Shown here piece after piece: positions 40,641 through 54,845 of a stretch of DNA of 64,000 nt. Positions within the stretch are counted from its first letter, which is position 1; every line of letters begins with the position of its first letter. Origin of the DNA: the human T2T-CHM13v2.0 reference genome, Homo sapiens. A program made the translations under genes and the position numbers. The notes under the pieces are model-generated. The model did no database searches and was not told the DNA's origin. It saw nothing but the letters and a program-made list of their open reading frames with translations. The stretch lies in the NCBI RefSeq assembly GCF_009914755.1, contig NC_060930.1; one strand, 5' to 3'.

Positions 40641-41380
40641 CTGCAAAACAAGATAAAGAGTAAAAATCAAGCGGTAGCTAACAAAATCCTTGCCACTCAC
40701 AGACATTTATTTTGACTAATCCAAATGCTACAAAATGTATATTCAGATGCCTTTAGTCTGGTCTTGGAAATGAATATCAATATCGGACCCCATTTATTAG
40801 ATAAAATCATCAAGATTCAATAAAAATTAACATATAACATATCAAAATTTATGGAATACAGCTCAAGTAGTGCTTAAAGATTGAAATGCTTTTATTGATA
40901 AAGAAAAAGAGTTTTCAAATCAATAATGTAAGCTTCTACCTAAAGACATCAAATAAAAGCAGCAACAACAGACTTAAAGGAATCAATATAAAGGAAATAA
41001 TAAGGATTAGAGAAAAAAATTACCGAAACAGAAAACTAGGATATTTTAAAAATTCAATGAAATAAAAAGTTGGTTCATTGAAAAGATCAATAAAATTGAC
41101 AAATTTGTTACTAGACTGAATGAGAAAATAAGACAAAAATTACCAGTATCAGGAATGGAAGAGGGGTATTACTACCACCCTTACATAAATAAAAAAGATT
41201 ATAAGCTAATGAAATGAAGAAATTTCTAGGAAGAAATAAATGACCAAAACTGATTGAAGAATTATTTTTCCTAACAGAAGAAGAAATAACAAATCTGAAT
41301 AGATCTATAGTAAGAAAATAAATTAAATTTGCAATTTAAAGTCTTCCCACAAAGAAAAGCCCAGATCCAGATGAATTTCC

Positions 41381-41962
41381 TCAGAGAAGAGCTTTGTCAG
41401 GGAACCCTGGTATCCTTGCACATCTCCACATAGGCCATGTTGGCAGGCCTCATAGGCAGGTTGACATTAGTCTAAACCAAGTTTTGGTGGATAACCTGGC
41501 ATTTTTCCTGGATCAAAGAGAAAGAAGCTTCCTAAGACTTACTGCGAGGCAATTTCTCAGTCCTATCTTGTAGGAGACTGCCACAAGAAATTTCTCATCT
41601 ACCTTCCTACTTTCAGTGAGTGCAGGACTTTCCAACTTTCTCTCTTCTTGGATATAGCTGGAGACCCATGTGGAAACATAAAACTGCTTGGCTATAGTTT
41701 AGAGGATACTTCTCCATGACAGAGTGACTTACTCTTGTGTCGTCTATCATCTGGACTTTGGTTTGGTGTCATTTGTGGGATTAGGAGTGTGTGGAGTTGA
41801 CACCATGCTAACCTTGCTTCTGTTGTCTGTGTAAGTAATTAACTATCTGGTTTCTTTTGAGCTCATCGTCTCATACAACTGATCTATGGAAGTATGTTTG
41901 AAAAGTCAACCTAACAGCAGCAGTAGTCTTATTAGCCACTGCACTGATGCTTGGCTGCTTCA
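41381..41962 (+). mobile_element. ERVL-type solo LTR (family uncertain) inserted in L1
   Basis: Interrupts the L1 between ccagatgaatttc and cattggtgaattttac; LTR-like 3' part with degenerate polyA signal (gtaagtaattaactatctg). Confidence 0.55.
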
Positions 41963-42690
41963 TTGGTGAATTTTACAAATATTTGAATAAATAATGCCAA
42001 TCCTTCCCCAGAAAACACAGGCAGAGGAAAGACCTACCAATCATAATTGTTACCCCAATACAAATTACCTTCAAACCATAGCCAAAGAAATACTAAAGGA
42101 GAAGAAAAAGAAAACAACTATAGATCAATATCACTCATAAATAAATGTGCAAGACTTCTTAGTAAATGCACACTTAAAAAGACACACCATGACCAAGGAT
42201 TCATCCTAGTAATGCAAGAATGCCTTAATGTAATATATTCTATCAGTAGAATGAAAGACACAACCCATATGATCACAATACATGCAGGAAAAGTATTTGT
42301 AAAATAAGACACCCATTTATAATTAAAAAACTCTCATCAGATTTGGTACAGAAGTGAAACTTCTCACATGATAGAGGGCACATAAAAAATCTCACAGCTG
42401 GTATCGTCATTAATGATAAGAGACTGAATGCTTTCCTCCTAAGGTTAGGGACAAGCAAGAATGCCTGATCTTGATGCTTCTATTCAACATTGCACTTGAG
42501 GTTCTAAAAGTAGATGATAATAATAATAATAACAATAATATTAATCAATTAAAGGCAACCAAATTGGAAAAGAAAAAGCATAAAACTCTTATAAATGATA
42601 TAATCTTGTTTGTGAAAAATCTCAAAAACCACACATACACACACACACACACAATCTCTTAGAACTAATAAAAAAAAGTTGAGGAGGGTA

Positions 42691-42851
42691 GCAGTGAGCG
42701 ATCTCGGTTCACTGCAACCTCCGCCTCCCGGGTTCAAGTGATTCTCTTGCCTCAGCCTCCCAAGTAGCTGGGATTACAGGTGCCTGCAACCATGCCTAGC
42801 TAATTTTTGTATTTTTAGTAGAGACGAGGTTTCACTGTGTTGATCATGGTC
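42691..42851 (-). mobile_element. Internal AluS fragment without tail or TSD
   Basis: Alu mid-section only, embedded in L1 ORF2. Confidence 0.9.
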
Positions 42852-43409
42852 AATAAATAAAAGTCAATTGTATTTCTTTACACTAGCAATAAACAATCTA
42901 AAAACGAAAATAAGGAAATATTACCATCCACAATACCATCAAAAATAATAAAATAGAAAATACATAGGAATAAATTTGACAAAAGAGGTATAAAATTTGT
43001 ACTCCAAAAATTATATAACATTGCTGAGATAAATTAAAGATGTAAATAAGTAGATGGGCATTTCATGTTCCTGAATCTGATAACTCAATATTGTCAGCAT
43101 GATAATTATCTGCAAATTGATCTATAAATTCAAGGCAACTCCTAACCAAAAGTATATCATGCTTTTTTTTTGTAGAAATCGACAATCTGATTCTACAACT
43201 CATTTGAAAATGCAAATAAAGTAGAATATCCAAAACAATTTTGAAAAAGGACAAAATTGGAAGACTATTTGATTTTAAAACTTATAAAACCTACTAATAA
43301 AGGCATAGTAGTTGTATAAATGCAGTATTGGCACAAAAATAGGCATGTAGCTCAGTGGATCAGAATTGATAGTACAGAAACAAATGCTTATATTTATTTC
43401 TAGTCAATT

Positions 43410-45418
43410 AATTTTTATAACAGCCTTATTGATGCATAATTCACATACCATTAAATTTAGTGTACAATTCACTGATTTTTAATACACTCAGAGTTGTGCA
43501 ACCATTAGTATTATCTAATTTTAGAACATTTTTATCAACCCCAAAGAAACTCTACACTCTAAAAGTCATTATATATTCCCACAATTCTCTACAGCCCCAG
43601 GCAACAACTAATCCACTTTTGGTCTCTCTATATTTGCCTTTTCTAGAAATTTCATGTACCCAATATCACACAGCATGTGGTTTTTTGTGACTGGCATCTT
43701 TCACTTCGCATAATGTTTTCAAGGTTCATCCATGTTGTAGCATGTATCAGCACTTCATTTCTTTTTATTGTCGAAAAATATTCCATTGAATAAATGTGCC
43801 ATATATTATCCATTCTATTGGTAGACATTTGGGTAGTTTCCACTTTGAGTTATTAGGAATAATTCTGTTATCAGTATTCATGTACAAGTTTTTATGTGGA
43901 TGTAACTTTTCATTTCTCTCATGTATATATTTAGGATTTAAATTGCTAAGTATTAAATTAACTCTGTGTTTAACTTTTTGAGGAACCGCTAAACTGTTCT
44001 CCAAAGTGGGTGCACCATTTCAACTCCCCATGAGCAATGGATGAAGGTTCTAATTTTTCCAAATCCTCACCAACTTGTTATAATATGTCTGTCTTAATTA
44101 TAGCTATCCTTGTAGGTTTGAAGAAGTATCTTGTGGTTTTGGTTTGCATTTCCTAATAGCTAATGATATTAAACACCTTTTTATGTGCCTTTGGGCCATT
44201 TGTATATCTCCTTTGTAGATTATCTATTCAAGTACTTTACCCACTCTGTAGTTGGGTTGTTTATCTTTTTATTGTTGAGTTCTAAGAGTTCCTCATATAT
44301 TCTGAATACGTTTCCCATAATATATATGACTTGCAAGTATGTTCTCATATTCTGTGTGTTTTTCTTTTGATTTCTTAATAGTATCCTTTGAAACTCAAAT
44401 GTTCAAAATTTCAATGAAGCCCAATTTGTCTATTATTTATTTTGCCTTTTATGCTTTAGTCTCCCAAGAAATTATTGCCTAACATAAAGTAGTGATCATT
44501 TACTCTCATGTTTGCTCCTAAGAGTTTTACAGTTTTAGCTCTAACATAGATCTATAATCCATTTAGTTCATAATTGTATATAGTGAAAGGTCCAACCTCA
44601 TTCTTTTGTATGTGGGTTTCCAGTTGTCTCAGCACCATTTGTTGAAAACTATTCTTCGCCCATTGAATTGTCTCAGCACCTTTGCCAAAAATGTATTGAC
44701 TATAAATATTTATGATTCTCAATTCTATTCTATTAATCAAAATATTTATCTTTATTCCAACACCACACAACCTTGATTACTGTAGGATTTTTTGGCAATA
44801 AGTTTTGAAATTAAAAAGTGTGGGTTATCAAACTATATTCTTCTTTTTCAGAATTGTTTTGGTTATTCTGGGTCCCTTACATTTTCCTATGAATTTTAGG
44901 GTCAGCTTGTTAATTTTTAGAAAAAGGTGGCTGAGATCTTAATAGAGATGGTGTTAAATCTGTAGATCAATTTATTGAGTATTGCCATCTTGATTATATT
45001 TGCTTCTAATCCATAAATATTAAATGCCTTTCTATTTTTTAGATCACAATGTTCTGCAGTTTTCATTGTACAAGTCTTAAACTTTTGTTAAATTTTGTCT
45101 AAGTACTTACAATATTTGATACTATTGTAATGATATTGTTTTCTTAGTTTCATTTTTTGGGTTGTTCATTACTAGTACATAGAAATACAAACGCATTTCA
45201 CATGGTAATCTGTAACAGTGCTGAATTCGTTCATTAGCTCTAATGATTTGGGGGGATTTTTAAGAATTTTCTCTATATAAGATTATGTCATCCCAAACAG
45301 ATAGTTTAACTTTTCCTTTTCAAATCTGGATGCCTTTTATTTTATTTTATTTTATTTTTCTTGCTTAATTGCCCTGACTAGAACCTCTCATTCAATATTA
45401 AATAGAAATGGTGAGAGC
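43410..45418 (-). mobile_element. L1MB-like 3' 2 kb inserted into the host L1
   Basis: L1M 3'UTR plus ORF2 on minus; probable TSD agtcaattaattttt (43402) and agtcaactaatgttt (45419). Confidence 0.88.
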
Positions 45419-46404
45419 AGTCAACTAATGTTTGACAAAGACGAAAAGACAATTCGATAAGGAGAAGATAGTTTTTTCAATAAGTAGTGCTGGGATAATT
45501 GGATATCCACGTGCAAATAAAAAAAGAGTACAGCCTCTCACACTATATGAAAATTAACTCAAAATCAGTTATAGATATAAATGTAAGAGTTCACACTCTA
45601 AAATTTCTAGAAGAAAACATAAGAGAAAATCTTTGTGAGCTTTTTAAACTTTCAGTTTTTACATTCAATGCCAAAAGCAAAACATATAACAAACATTGAT
45701 AAATTGGACTTCATCAAAATGAAAAACCTTTGCCGCAAAGGACATCATTATGAAAAGGAAAAGACAAGCCACAGACCAGAAGAAGATATGTGTAAACTAT
45801 ACATATGTGATAGAGGGCTTATATCTAAAACATATAAAGAACTCTTTCAACTCCAAGAGGACATGCAATCCAATATAAATATAGGCAAAAAACTTAAACA
45901 GATCACCAAATAAAATATACAGGTGACAAATATGCTAATAAATAAGGAAAAATGTTCAATGCCATCATAAAAATGCAAATCAACTATGAAGTATCACTAT
46001 TCCACCCAAGAGAATGTCTATAATAAAAAAGAGAGCCAATACAAAGTTTTGACAAGGATGTGAAGAAACTGGAACCCTCATACACTGCTTATGAATGTAA
46101 AATGGTATAACCATTTTGGAAAATGGTTTGGCAGTTTCTTAAAATGTTAGACATAAACTTATACAACACACCAACTCCTCTTCTAGGAATATGCTCAAAA
46201 GAAGTGAACAATTATATCCACAAAACCACATATATGCAATTATCCATAACAACACTGTTCATAATAATAAGACTATGAATATTCCCAATATTCACCAAAT
46301 GGAGAATTGATAAACTAAATATGGTATACTCAGACAATAAAATGCTATTCAGCTATAAAATATGCTACAACAAAAATGAATCTTGAATATAATACATTAA
46401 GTGA

Positions 46405-46767
<363 letters not shown>

Positions 46768-47049
46768 TGATTTTTTTTAAAAAGGCAAATTTATTAAAAC
46801 AAGCAGACCAATGATTGCCTCATACTGAAGGTGGGAGTGAAGATTAGCTGCAAATGTGAGTAGGAAACATTTGGAGTTAATGAAAATCTTCTAAAACTAG
46901 ATTGTGGAAATGCTGCACAACAATATAAATCTAAAAATCACTGAATTATATACTAATAATATGTGACTTCTATGGTTTGTAAATTATAACTCAATATAAT
47001 TTTTTAACAACCAAAAGGAAATATTCTAATAGTAATTAGCAGCATAACT

Positions 47050-47790
47050 TTCAGTGAAATCAATAACACAACATTAAACATTAGAATTGAGGTCCTAGTA
47101 AGCTTATTAAGTAAAGATAAAATAGAAGATATATAAAGATTTAAGATTAATAAACTGTCATTATTCATACATGATTTGATTCTGTTATCTCTAAAAAAAA
47201 AACAATGTAATCTACCTGCAAATTGTTTGAAATATTACAACCACTTAGCAAACTGGACAGAAATAAAATCAATATAAAAATATTAGTTATATAAATGGAG
47301 AACAGATTTTATATTTTTATATGTAACACAAAATATATATGTTCATATATAATGTAAACTATATACTACATATATTTTCTTATACAACAAATACATGTAC
47401 ACATATATATATATACACAGACAAAATATAAAGTACTTAGAAATGCTTCTCAAAAAAGTGTACAATACCTCTATACAGAAAATCATAAAACAATGAAGAC
47501 TTAAACAAAAGATTCCCCATTTGTGTTTATTAATACTTTGTTAGTGAAGAGGAATACTCAAACTGAAAAAAAAGTCAAAATTCACAAAATCTGTGGATTC
47601 AATAGAATTTCCAACAAAGTTTTTTGTAGAAATACACAAGCTGATTATAAAATTTATATGGACAAGAACAACTTAAATTTTAGCCAAAACACTTCTGAAG
47701 AATAAGTTAGGGGAACTTGTCCTAGAAAATACTGAATTATTATGAATTACTTGGAGTTAAAACAGAATTGTATTGGAAGAGAAAGGGAAG
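47050..47790 (+). mobile_element. Degenerate L1ME-like ORF2 fragment with an AT-rich tract
   Basis: ctgtcattattcatacatgatttgatt...gctgattataaaatttatatgg L1 motifs. Confidence 0.65.
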
Positions 47791-47959
47791 GCAAAGAAAA
47801 TTCTAAATATAGATTTTTTTTCATATTATAGACTAACTTTTAAAAGATAATGGAACTGAAGTCTATGAAATATCTAGTCATAAAATATTAGTTTTCAAGA
47901 ATTGATTTCTGTCCATGAAAAAGAGGGAGGCCATGTGACTTGCAGTACTTGTCTGAATG

Positions 47960-48250
47960 AGTATATATTGTTCCCACATCATTCACATCAGGCTTGACCA
48001 TATGACTTGTTTTGAGTGATGATAAGATGATGCACAAAGTGGAGAGCTGCACACTCAGGCATATAGTAACAGTTGTTCAGCACATGGTATCACCAAACTG
48101 GGTCCTCCTGCCTGAGGGACTGAAGGAATCCATGGAGCTCAGCATGCATGCTTCATCATCCATGCTTCATCATTTTCGTGCAGCATACAAACCCCTGCCC
48201 TACTGTTATATGCTAATTGGGCATTCATTTTTATCTGAGTGTTCATAAGT
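47960..48250 (+). mobile_element. MLT1-type (MaLR) LTR fragment
   Basis: catcaggcttgaccatatgacttgttttgag MLT1 motif. Confidence 0.45.
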
Positions 48251-50619
48251 ACATAATTTTCAGTGCATTTAAATAAAGGATAAGGACTGACTTTAGTGTA
48301 ATGTACGTGGATCAGAGATCAGAGTATAGAATATGTTTATTAGCCTTTATTCTAACAGTTAGCTCTCTACCTAACGTAATGCTAGATTTTTCAAAGTACA
48401 GAATATACTTGATGTGTGATTTAAATTTTTTTAATTGATTTTTAGATCTCCATAGCTATAAAATAGTCTGTTATTCTCAAGGAGTTGCATTGCCACCAGC
48501 ATCCCCAGTAAAAGCAGAGGTCATTTTCTCTTTATCACTTAGGTATAAGTAATCAGTGCCACCCACAATTGATCACTGGATCCTTTGAATAAACTTTTCA
48601 TCAAACAGGTACACTTTCACTAAGTGATTTTGTTTTTCCAGAAAATTCAGAGCAATAGGAAAATAACTCATAAGCAGCAGTATGATTAAGAAAAAGGGTT
48701 GTTGAAAACATACGAGACAGATTCAAAATAATTCTTAGGTTCTTCCACAGAATTTTCCTAAAGTCCTAATTAGGAACACACAGTCGTTATTTTACTTCAT
48801 GTTAAGGAAAAATGCTACAAAATAAGTATAACCAAAATCAAGGGATTTTATCATAATTACATATAAATATATAGCTTAAAGACAGAGTTCTATTTGACAT
48901 CAAAAGTGGCAAACATTAACTAAAGAAATGAAGCCTACCAAGAAACATTTACAATCTAACTGAAGGACAAATTATACTGTTTAGTCTAGTTTTTTAAAAA
49001 ACAGTAGAAGGCTTTATAAATGCGTAATAAAATACCAAGAGCTTAGAGACTTAAAATATAGGCTTTGGCCAATTGAACTAGAGAGTCCAGGTATTCTGTG
49101 CTGCCAGCTAAAGACTTGATACAAAATATGGAAGTTTTTATGCAGTGAAAGCCCAGAAAGTACTTCCAGTATCCAGGAGGAAAGCTCAGGGAAGGAAGAA
49201 CAGGAGGAACATGAGATCCTTTCACCAGGACCCACATAAATCTATACAAGATGTGAGGCTGCTGGTAGCAAGAGGACTCAGCACTGGGCAACTCTCATAG
49301 AAAATGGAGGACTCCTGGGAAGGAAGGTCAACACTTGGAAATTAAGAACAGGACAGGTAAACACACACCAAGAACTGAAGTACTAAGTTAAGAGAAAACA
49401 AAGAAAACCAAACTCTTGATTTCTCCCTATTTCAAGACGTAAATCTGAGGTGAGGCCAAAACTATAGCAAAGGATTATTAATTCCAGCGATAGAGGGTTT
49501 GGAGACAGGAGCCAACAAAGACATTGTACCTAAATAAATGTCTGGTACAAAGTCAATGCTCCAATATTTACTTGTGAATTTTAATTGATATACGAAGGAC
49601 AACATTTGGCATGGTATCTTAAGGGTATACATGGCAACCCCTGAATAGTGAAAACAGAAACGTACGTTTTTTAAAAGGAGAGTAATAAAGAGTTTTTTCT
49701 TGCATACATTTTAGGAACTAACTTTCTCCTAAGTTTACATTTCCAAAAACTTGTTAGGTAGCCTCAATAATACAATGTCTGGACTCAAAGAGGTGAGGAG
49801 GGGAGTCGCTAAAGTTTAAGATGGCTCTAATAACAAGAAATAATGCAGTACAACAAGAGTCCATTATTTCTTTTTGATAATCCTTTCCTAAATTTTTGCT
49901 AACTGTCTAAAAGTGAAATTCAAGAACGTCCTTTGGAGTCTCTTGGGACTAAGGCTCTTATGCATTGTACTTTATCAACTGGCTACATCAAAGACAAGTG
50001 CAAAAAAGTTAGATGTATTTTCACATTATATTATAGAGTTTTCAGCTTATATTTACACATTTATAGGCTGGATATTTAGAATGACTTCTTAGTTACATTA
50101 GAATCAGTGCCAAAAACAAAATTCTTCTTGCCTCTCTGTCCTCAACAGACACTATGTCAATGTTCTTTCTGTGACCACAAAAGCACTAATTGCAATAAGG
50201 AAAAAATTCCTGTGTCCAAGTAACAGACATTATTTTATAATTTAAAAAAATGGCTATTTTTACATAATGATATGAACCCTAGGAAAGATGTCCTGGTCAG
50301 TTATAATTTATTAAACATATGATTGCACTCTATTATAAAACAAAATTTATCAATGTTGTTAATATCTTAAGTCTACAACAACCAGAGATCCACGAAACAG
50401 GATTTGATTATCCAGTTTGAAGATAACACTGGCCTTCTGCTGCCTCCCACTGCTCAGACTGGGGACATTGAAACATGTGAAACCAAGAGAGGCTGACACT
50501 CAGGCAAGTATTTGAGAAGTTTTGAAAATTCACCTGGAGGCAAACATTGAAATCTATAGCTAATATGAATTTTTTGAAATTTCAACCTTTCAGATATAAT
50601 AGTTCACCTTATACATTGC

Positions 50620-50870
50620 AGGTTTAAGAAGTAATATAACCAGATGCTAAAAGCATATGCTTTGGATCAGAGCCTTAACATGGAATCCTTACTCTGCTTC
50701 TTAATAAGTAACTTACATTTTTAAACCTCTCTAAAACTCTCTTTCTTGATTTATAAAATAATAGGAATAATATTATTAGTTATCTTATGGGATGTCTTGA
50801 AGATTCAGATTATATATGTAAAGAACTTATCACATTACCTGGCACAGAGTAGGTACTCATTGTTCGAGAA
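50620..50870 (+). mobile_element. MIR SINE
   Basis: ...ttatatatgtaaagaacttatcacattacctggcacagagtaggtactca. Confidence 0.65.
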
Positions 50871-51282
50871 TCTTCATTGTTTTTATTATTATTCTAAACA
50901 GTGCAGCTCTTAAAGAATCTTTTAGCCAAGTGTCAGAAATATAATCCTGATTTAGCAGATAACAATGCCAGCCATTGCCAGGTGGGCAGACAGCCTCTGA
51001 CCATCACCAGCAAGCCCCTGTGGTTAGCTGAATATTGGCTGTCAACACTAGCGCTCGCTTTAGCGAATGGGAAAGGATCCCCTTAGTAAATGTTACTAAT
51101 GTTTCTAACATGCCCCATAGGTACTGGAAGAGAAATTTGAAGACTTTTTCCAAATCTAAAAACGAATATTGGGTTTGATTCAAGAGAAAAGTCTGCTCAT
51201 TCCCAAACTGTTTGAACGAATCCTAGAACACAGTGGAAAGTGGTTTTGGTTCATTTTATTTGGGAATCTCTTTTTGATGCCT

Positions 51283-51296
51283 GTGCCATCTAGCAG
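51283..51296 (-). promoter_or_regulatory. CTCF-like motif (reverse)
   Basis: Minus strand CTGCTAGATGGCAC versus consensus CCASYAGRKGGCRS. Confidence 0.55.
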
Positions 51297-51501
51297 CAGG
51301 GTCCTAAGGAGTACTTTCTCATGTTAGTCATTAAAGCTAAGGCCTACAAAGTAGTCATAAAACTCAGGCTCCAGCTCTCAACAATTATCAGTATCTAAAT
51401 GTAATGAATTTTCTTCCCAGGGTCTCCACTGCGCATATAATAAGGAGTGATCAGTATACACTGAATCAATCAGAATTCTTTGTCTAGCAACAGCACTGAA
51501 T

Positions 51502-51515
51502 CTGCTAGATGGCAA
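51502..51515 (+). promoter_or_regulatory. CTCF-like motif (forward)
   Basis: CTGCTAGATGGCAA, the same 13-bp core as the site at 51284-51296. Confidence 0.45.
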
Positions 51516-53929
51516 AGGATAAACACAGAAGAGACCCTTAGGGAAGCTGTTGAGAAGTCAGCATTACTGCCTATTAAATTGAACACCATCCAATTCACAT
51601 GCATTGTGAGAGGTCTGAAAAATTATCTATTGTTCTTCTCAGACATCCATTTTAGATTACATGTTTAATTTAATGGTTGAGGTCTTTGGGAGTCTGGATC
51701 CCTAGTTCTTTTTAACATACTATGCACCATCTGGATAAAATGGAGTACAGGGTAGGTTAACTCTTCCTTTCTGTATTTCTAAATAAAGATGCAAAAGCAT
51801 TTATTCAGATCAGCCCTCTCATGGCACTACATTTAAATTAGAAATTACAATTATTTTCCACTGCTTTCTCATTTATTTATTTTAATACACTGTACAAAGT
51901 GGAAAGAAAGGGTAATAAAAGTGTACTGAGTGATTTTCCAGCAGATAGAAATACCCTCACTTGCATTGCACCTATAGTTGGTATAATTTACCTTTTGCCA
52001 TTTCAGTGCCATTTTCACTCTAAACTGTGACAGTTGGAAAAAATTATTTTTCTAAGTCACAGTCTGTTGCCAACCAGGGAAACGCATTCCTCAAAGAAAG
52101 TGCAAAATTGTTCGGTTCTCCTAACTCTTGCACACTAGCATAAGTAACATTTCAAGTAAGTCACTTCAAGTAGAATTCTGCTACAATCTTCAGTGCCCTT
52201 GGACATTAACAAAAATACGATGTTAGCAGGTATTTAACGTGTTCATCAAATTATCCTCCATTCATAGCCTGCTCCAGTCACTCAGTGATTAACCATTACA
52301 CCTGCTGAGCCTAGAAGCTCTTTCTTAGTGCTCTCTGTGGAAAAGGAAGAGAAATGTCTTATCCAGTAAGTTCACTGCGGCTGCCGCTCTTGGCAATATT
52401 GCAAAAGGCTTTTCTGCCTGGAGACAACGTTGGAGGATAAGAAATATTTGAGAGAGGGCTAAACTGGTTGTGAGTTGAAACATGTTTTACCCCAAAGAAA
52501 GAAGGATAATATATTCAAGGAGGAAAGAAAAATAATGCAAATACAGTGCTTCATGTATGCTAATAGTACCTTCTGGTTTATTACCACCTCAGGTAGTGCA
52601 GACTTCTATAGAAGCGACATAACTTAAGCCCACTTTTCAGGAAATACCAACACAGGTATTTTTGATTTTGAAATGAAAGGAGAGGAAGAAACTGAATTAA
52701 ATGCTGTAAAATTTATCCAAATTTATGATTACTATATCTTATGTGAATAAATAAGACAGTTTCTTCCATAAAATGTAATTGTTTTGATCAAGCTATTGAG
52801 CAAGCACCAGACTAGAATAAGTACTCTCAAAATAATCTGATATGTGAGCAAAAATATATTCACGAAGAAATGTGAATTTCAGATCAAATTTATAAGTCAA
52901 AAACTAGAAACACTTTTTATAAATCCAAACAGTTTTTGATTAAGAAAATTATTTACTCTAATAAAATTAAATAATATGCAGCCATTATAGTTCACAACAT
53001 TTTTATTTACATGGAAAAATATCCATAAAAAGTTACATAACAAAAGTAATGTGAAATAGAGACATCAATGTTTGAAGAAAACTGAGTTATTCTGTCAGAG
53101 AAGTGAAGAGATTTGTTTTCTTTCTCTTCTGGAAGAAACGGGGTCAAGAAGAGAGGGGAGGAGAGTGGGTAGGAAAAATAGCCAAATAACATGAGGAAAT
53201 CACCCAGGAACTTTAAAGAATAAGAATTCCTAAAATTGAATTTTGGATTGCATTTGCCAAAGTAAACCCTGTTTAGCCCTCTAAGACCTTCACTCGGAGG
53301 CTGTTACATGCAGAGGGTTTTTGTGAGAAAAGGTTACTTTGGGGAAACTCCACTGATTTCACTTGCATGTCAATGCTTGGAAAGATGTAAAGAAGAACTT
53401 CAAATAAAAATGTGCTAGGCAGTAAGTTAGAACTTAAAGTAACAATGAGGCTTAGAGAGGTGCCCCAGGCTTCAAAAGTGTGTGACTCAAGCCCCCTTAG
53501 TGGGCGAGTGGCAGAGTAAAGTCCATGCTCTTAATAAATGGTCATCTTTTTTCCTGTTCAGTTGCCCATCTGTGAGCTCTCCAAATCATTCTCTAATGGA
53601 AATGATAACTTTGACAATTAGGAAAAGTAAAAGGAAAGCATTAAAATAATGACATTTGAGTACCCACATGAAAAGACCATTCATAAGTTGTTGAAGGATA
53701 CTTAGGTGACATCCGTGCCTATAGATCAAGTGGCAGATATTGTATCATTTGGTTGGAAAGGGAGCCCAATAGTGAACATGCAAAGAAAGGGCAAAGTAGA
53801 CCCCAGGACAGAATAGTCAGCATGAGAGAAATCAAATAGAACATGGCTGGGTGTTTTTTTTAAAAAATAGGAGAATCTTAGAGGATGGAAGATGCTATCA
53901 TTGATCAAATGACACAACTATTTGGTAAC

Positions 53930-54290
53930 TAAGAATCATGGCGTGCTTAAGGTCCTGTGATAAACACTCTATGTATATTATTCCATTTAAATCTCTAAAT
54001 AAACCCAGGAGGTAGATGCTATGATTATCATCATTTTAAATATGAGAAAACAGGCACAGAATGATTAAATAACTTAGCCAATGTTCATCAGGTAGGAAGT
54101 AGTATAGATGTAATTTGAATCTAAATAGCCTAACTTGAAATTCACAAAATAACTTATTAATTACTGTTATGTGCCTAATTATGTGCCATGTTAAAAGTTT
54201 CACGTGGGTTATTCATATAATGGACACAAAAATCCCTTGAGATAGGTGCTATTATTATTTACGTTTACAGGTAGTAAAACCAGGTCATTC
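53930..54290 (-). mobile_element. Two MIR fragments
   Basis: aggtagatgctatgattatcatcattttaaatatgagaaaacagg; gataggtgctattattatttacgtttacagg. Confidence 0.65.
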
Positions 54291-54828
54291 CGGCTTGTGG
54301 GGAAAAGTAACTTATTAGTTCAAACTTTATCATAATGGATGGTACCAGGATCTTTTTATTTGTCCTGATTATAAACTTTGAACCCATAGGCAGAAAATAT
54401 CCTCTCTTTATTATTCATCTATTTATTCATTCAGAGGATGCTTGCTGTATGATGACCAGATGTTATCGTTTTCCATGATAAAAAAACATGAAGCAACTTT
54501 AAGGCAGGAAACATATTTCAGCATGTCAAACTTGCTTACGTATGCCTGGACCATTTTGTGAATTATTTACGTATTCATGATCCCTGGTCACTATCAGTAG
54601 CTATGGCTTAGGTGATCTCAACTGATTTTAATATTAGTTGACATAAAGCATCATTAAAGTGATACATTGAGTACAGTTACTGGAAGATTATGAGAAGGGA
54701 AAAAGACAAGAGAAAAACAAAGGAAGGGAGTACACTTTTAAAATTATGTTTCCCAAAGCAAAAGTTTAAGCTTTCGAGAGTACGTGAAAATTGGACTGTG
54801 ATGCTGTACACTCCATTTCAGATGACCA

Positions 54829-54845
54829 TAGCACCCTCTGGTGAA
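54829..54845 (-). promoter_or_regulatory. CTCF-like motif (reverse)
   Basis: Minus strand TTCACCAGAGGGTGCTA versus CCACCAGAGGGCGCTA. Confidence 0.45.

Noticed and set aside
53491-53505. CTCF-like gcccccttagtgg
   Set aside because: Needs an insertion to fit the core and lies in MIR-like sequence
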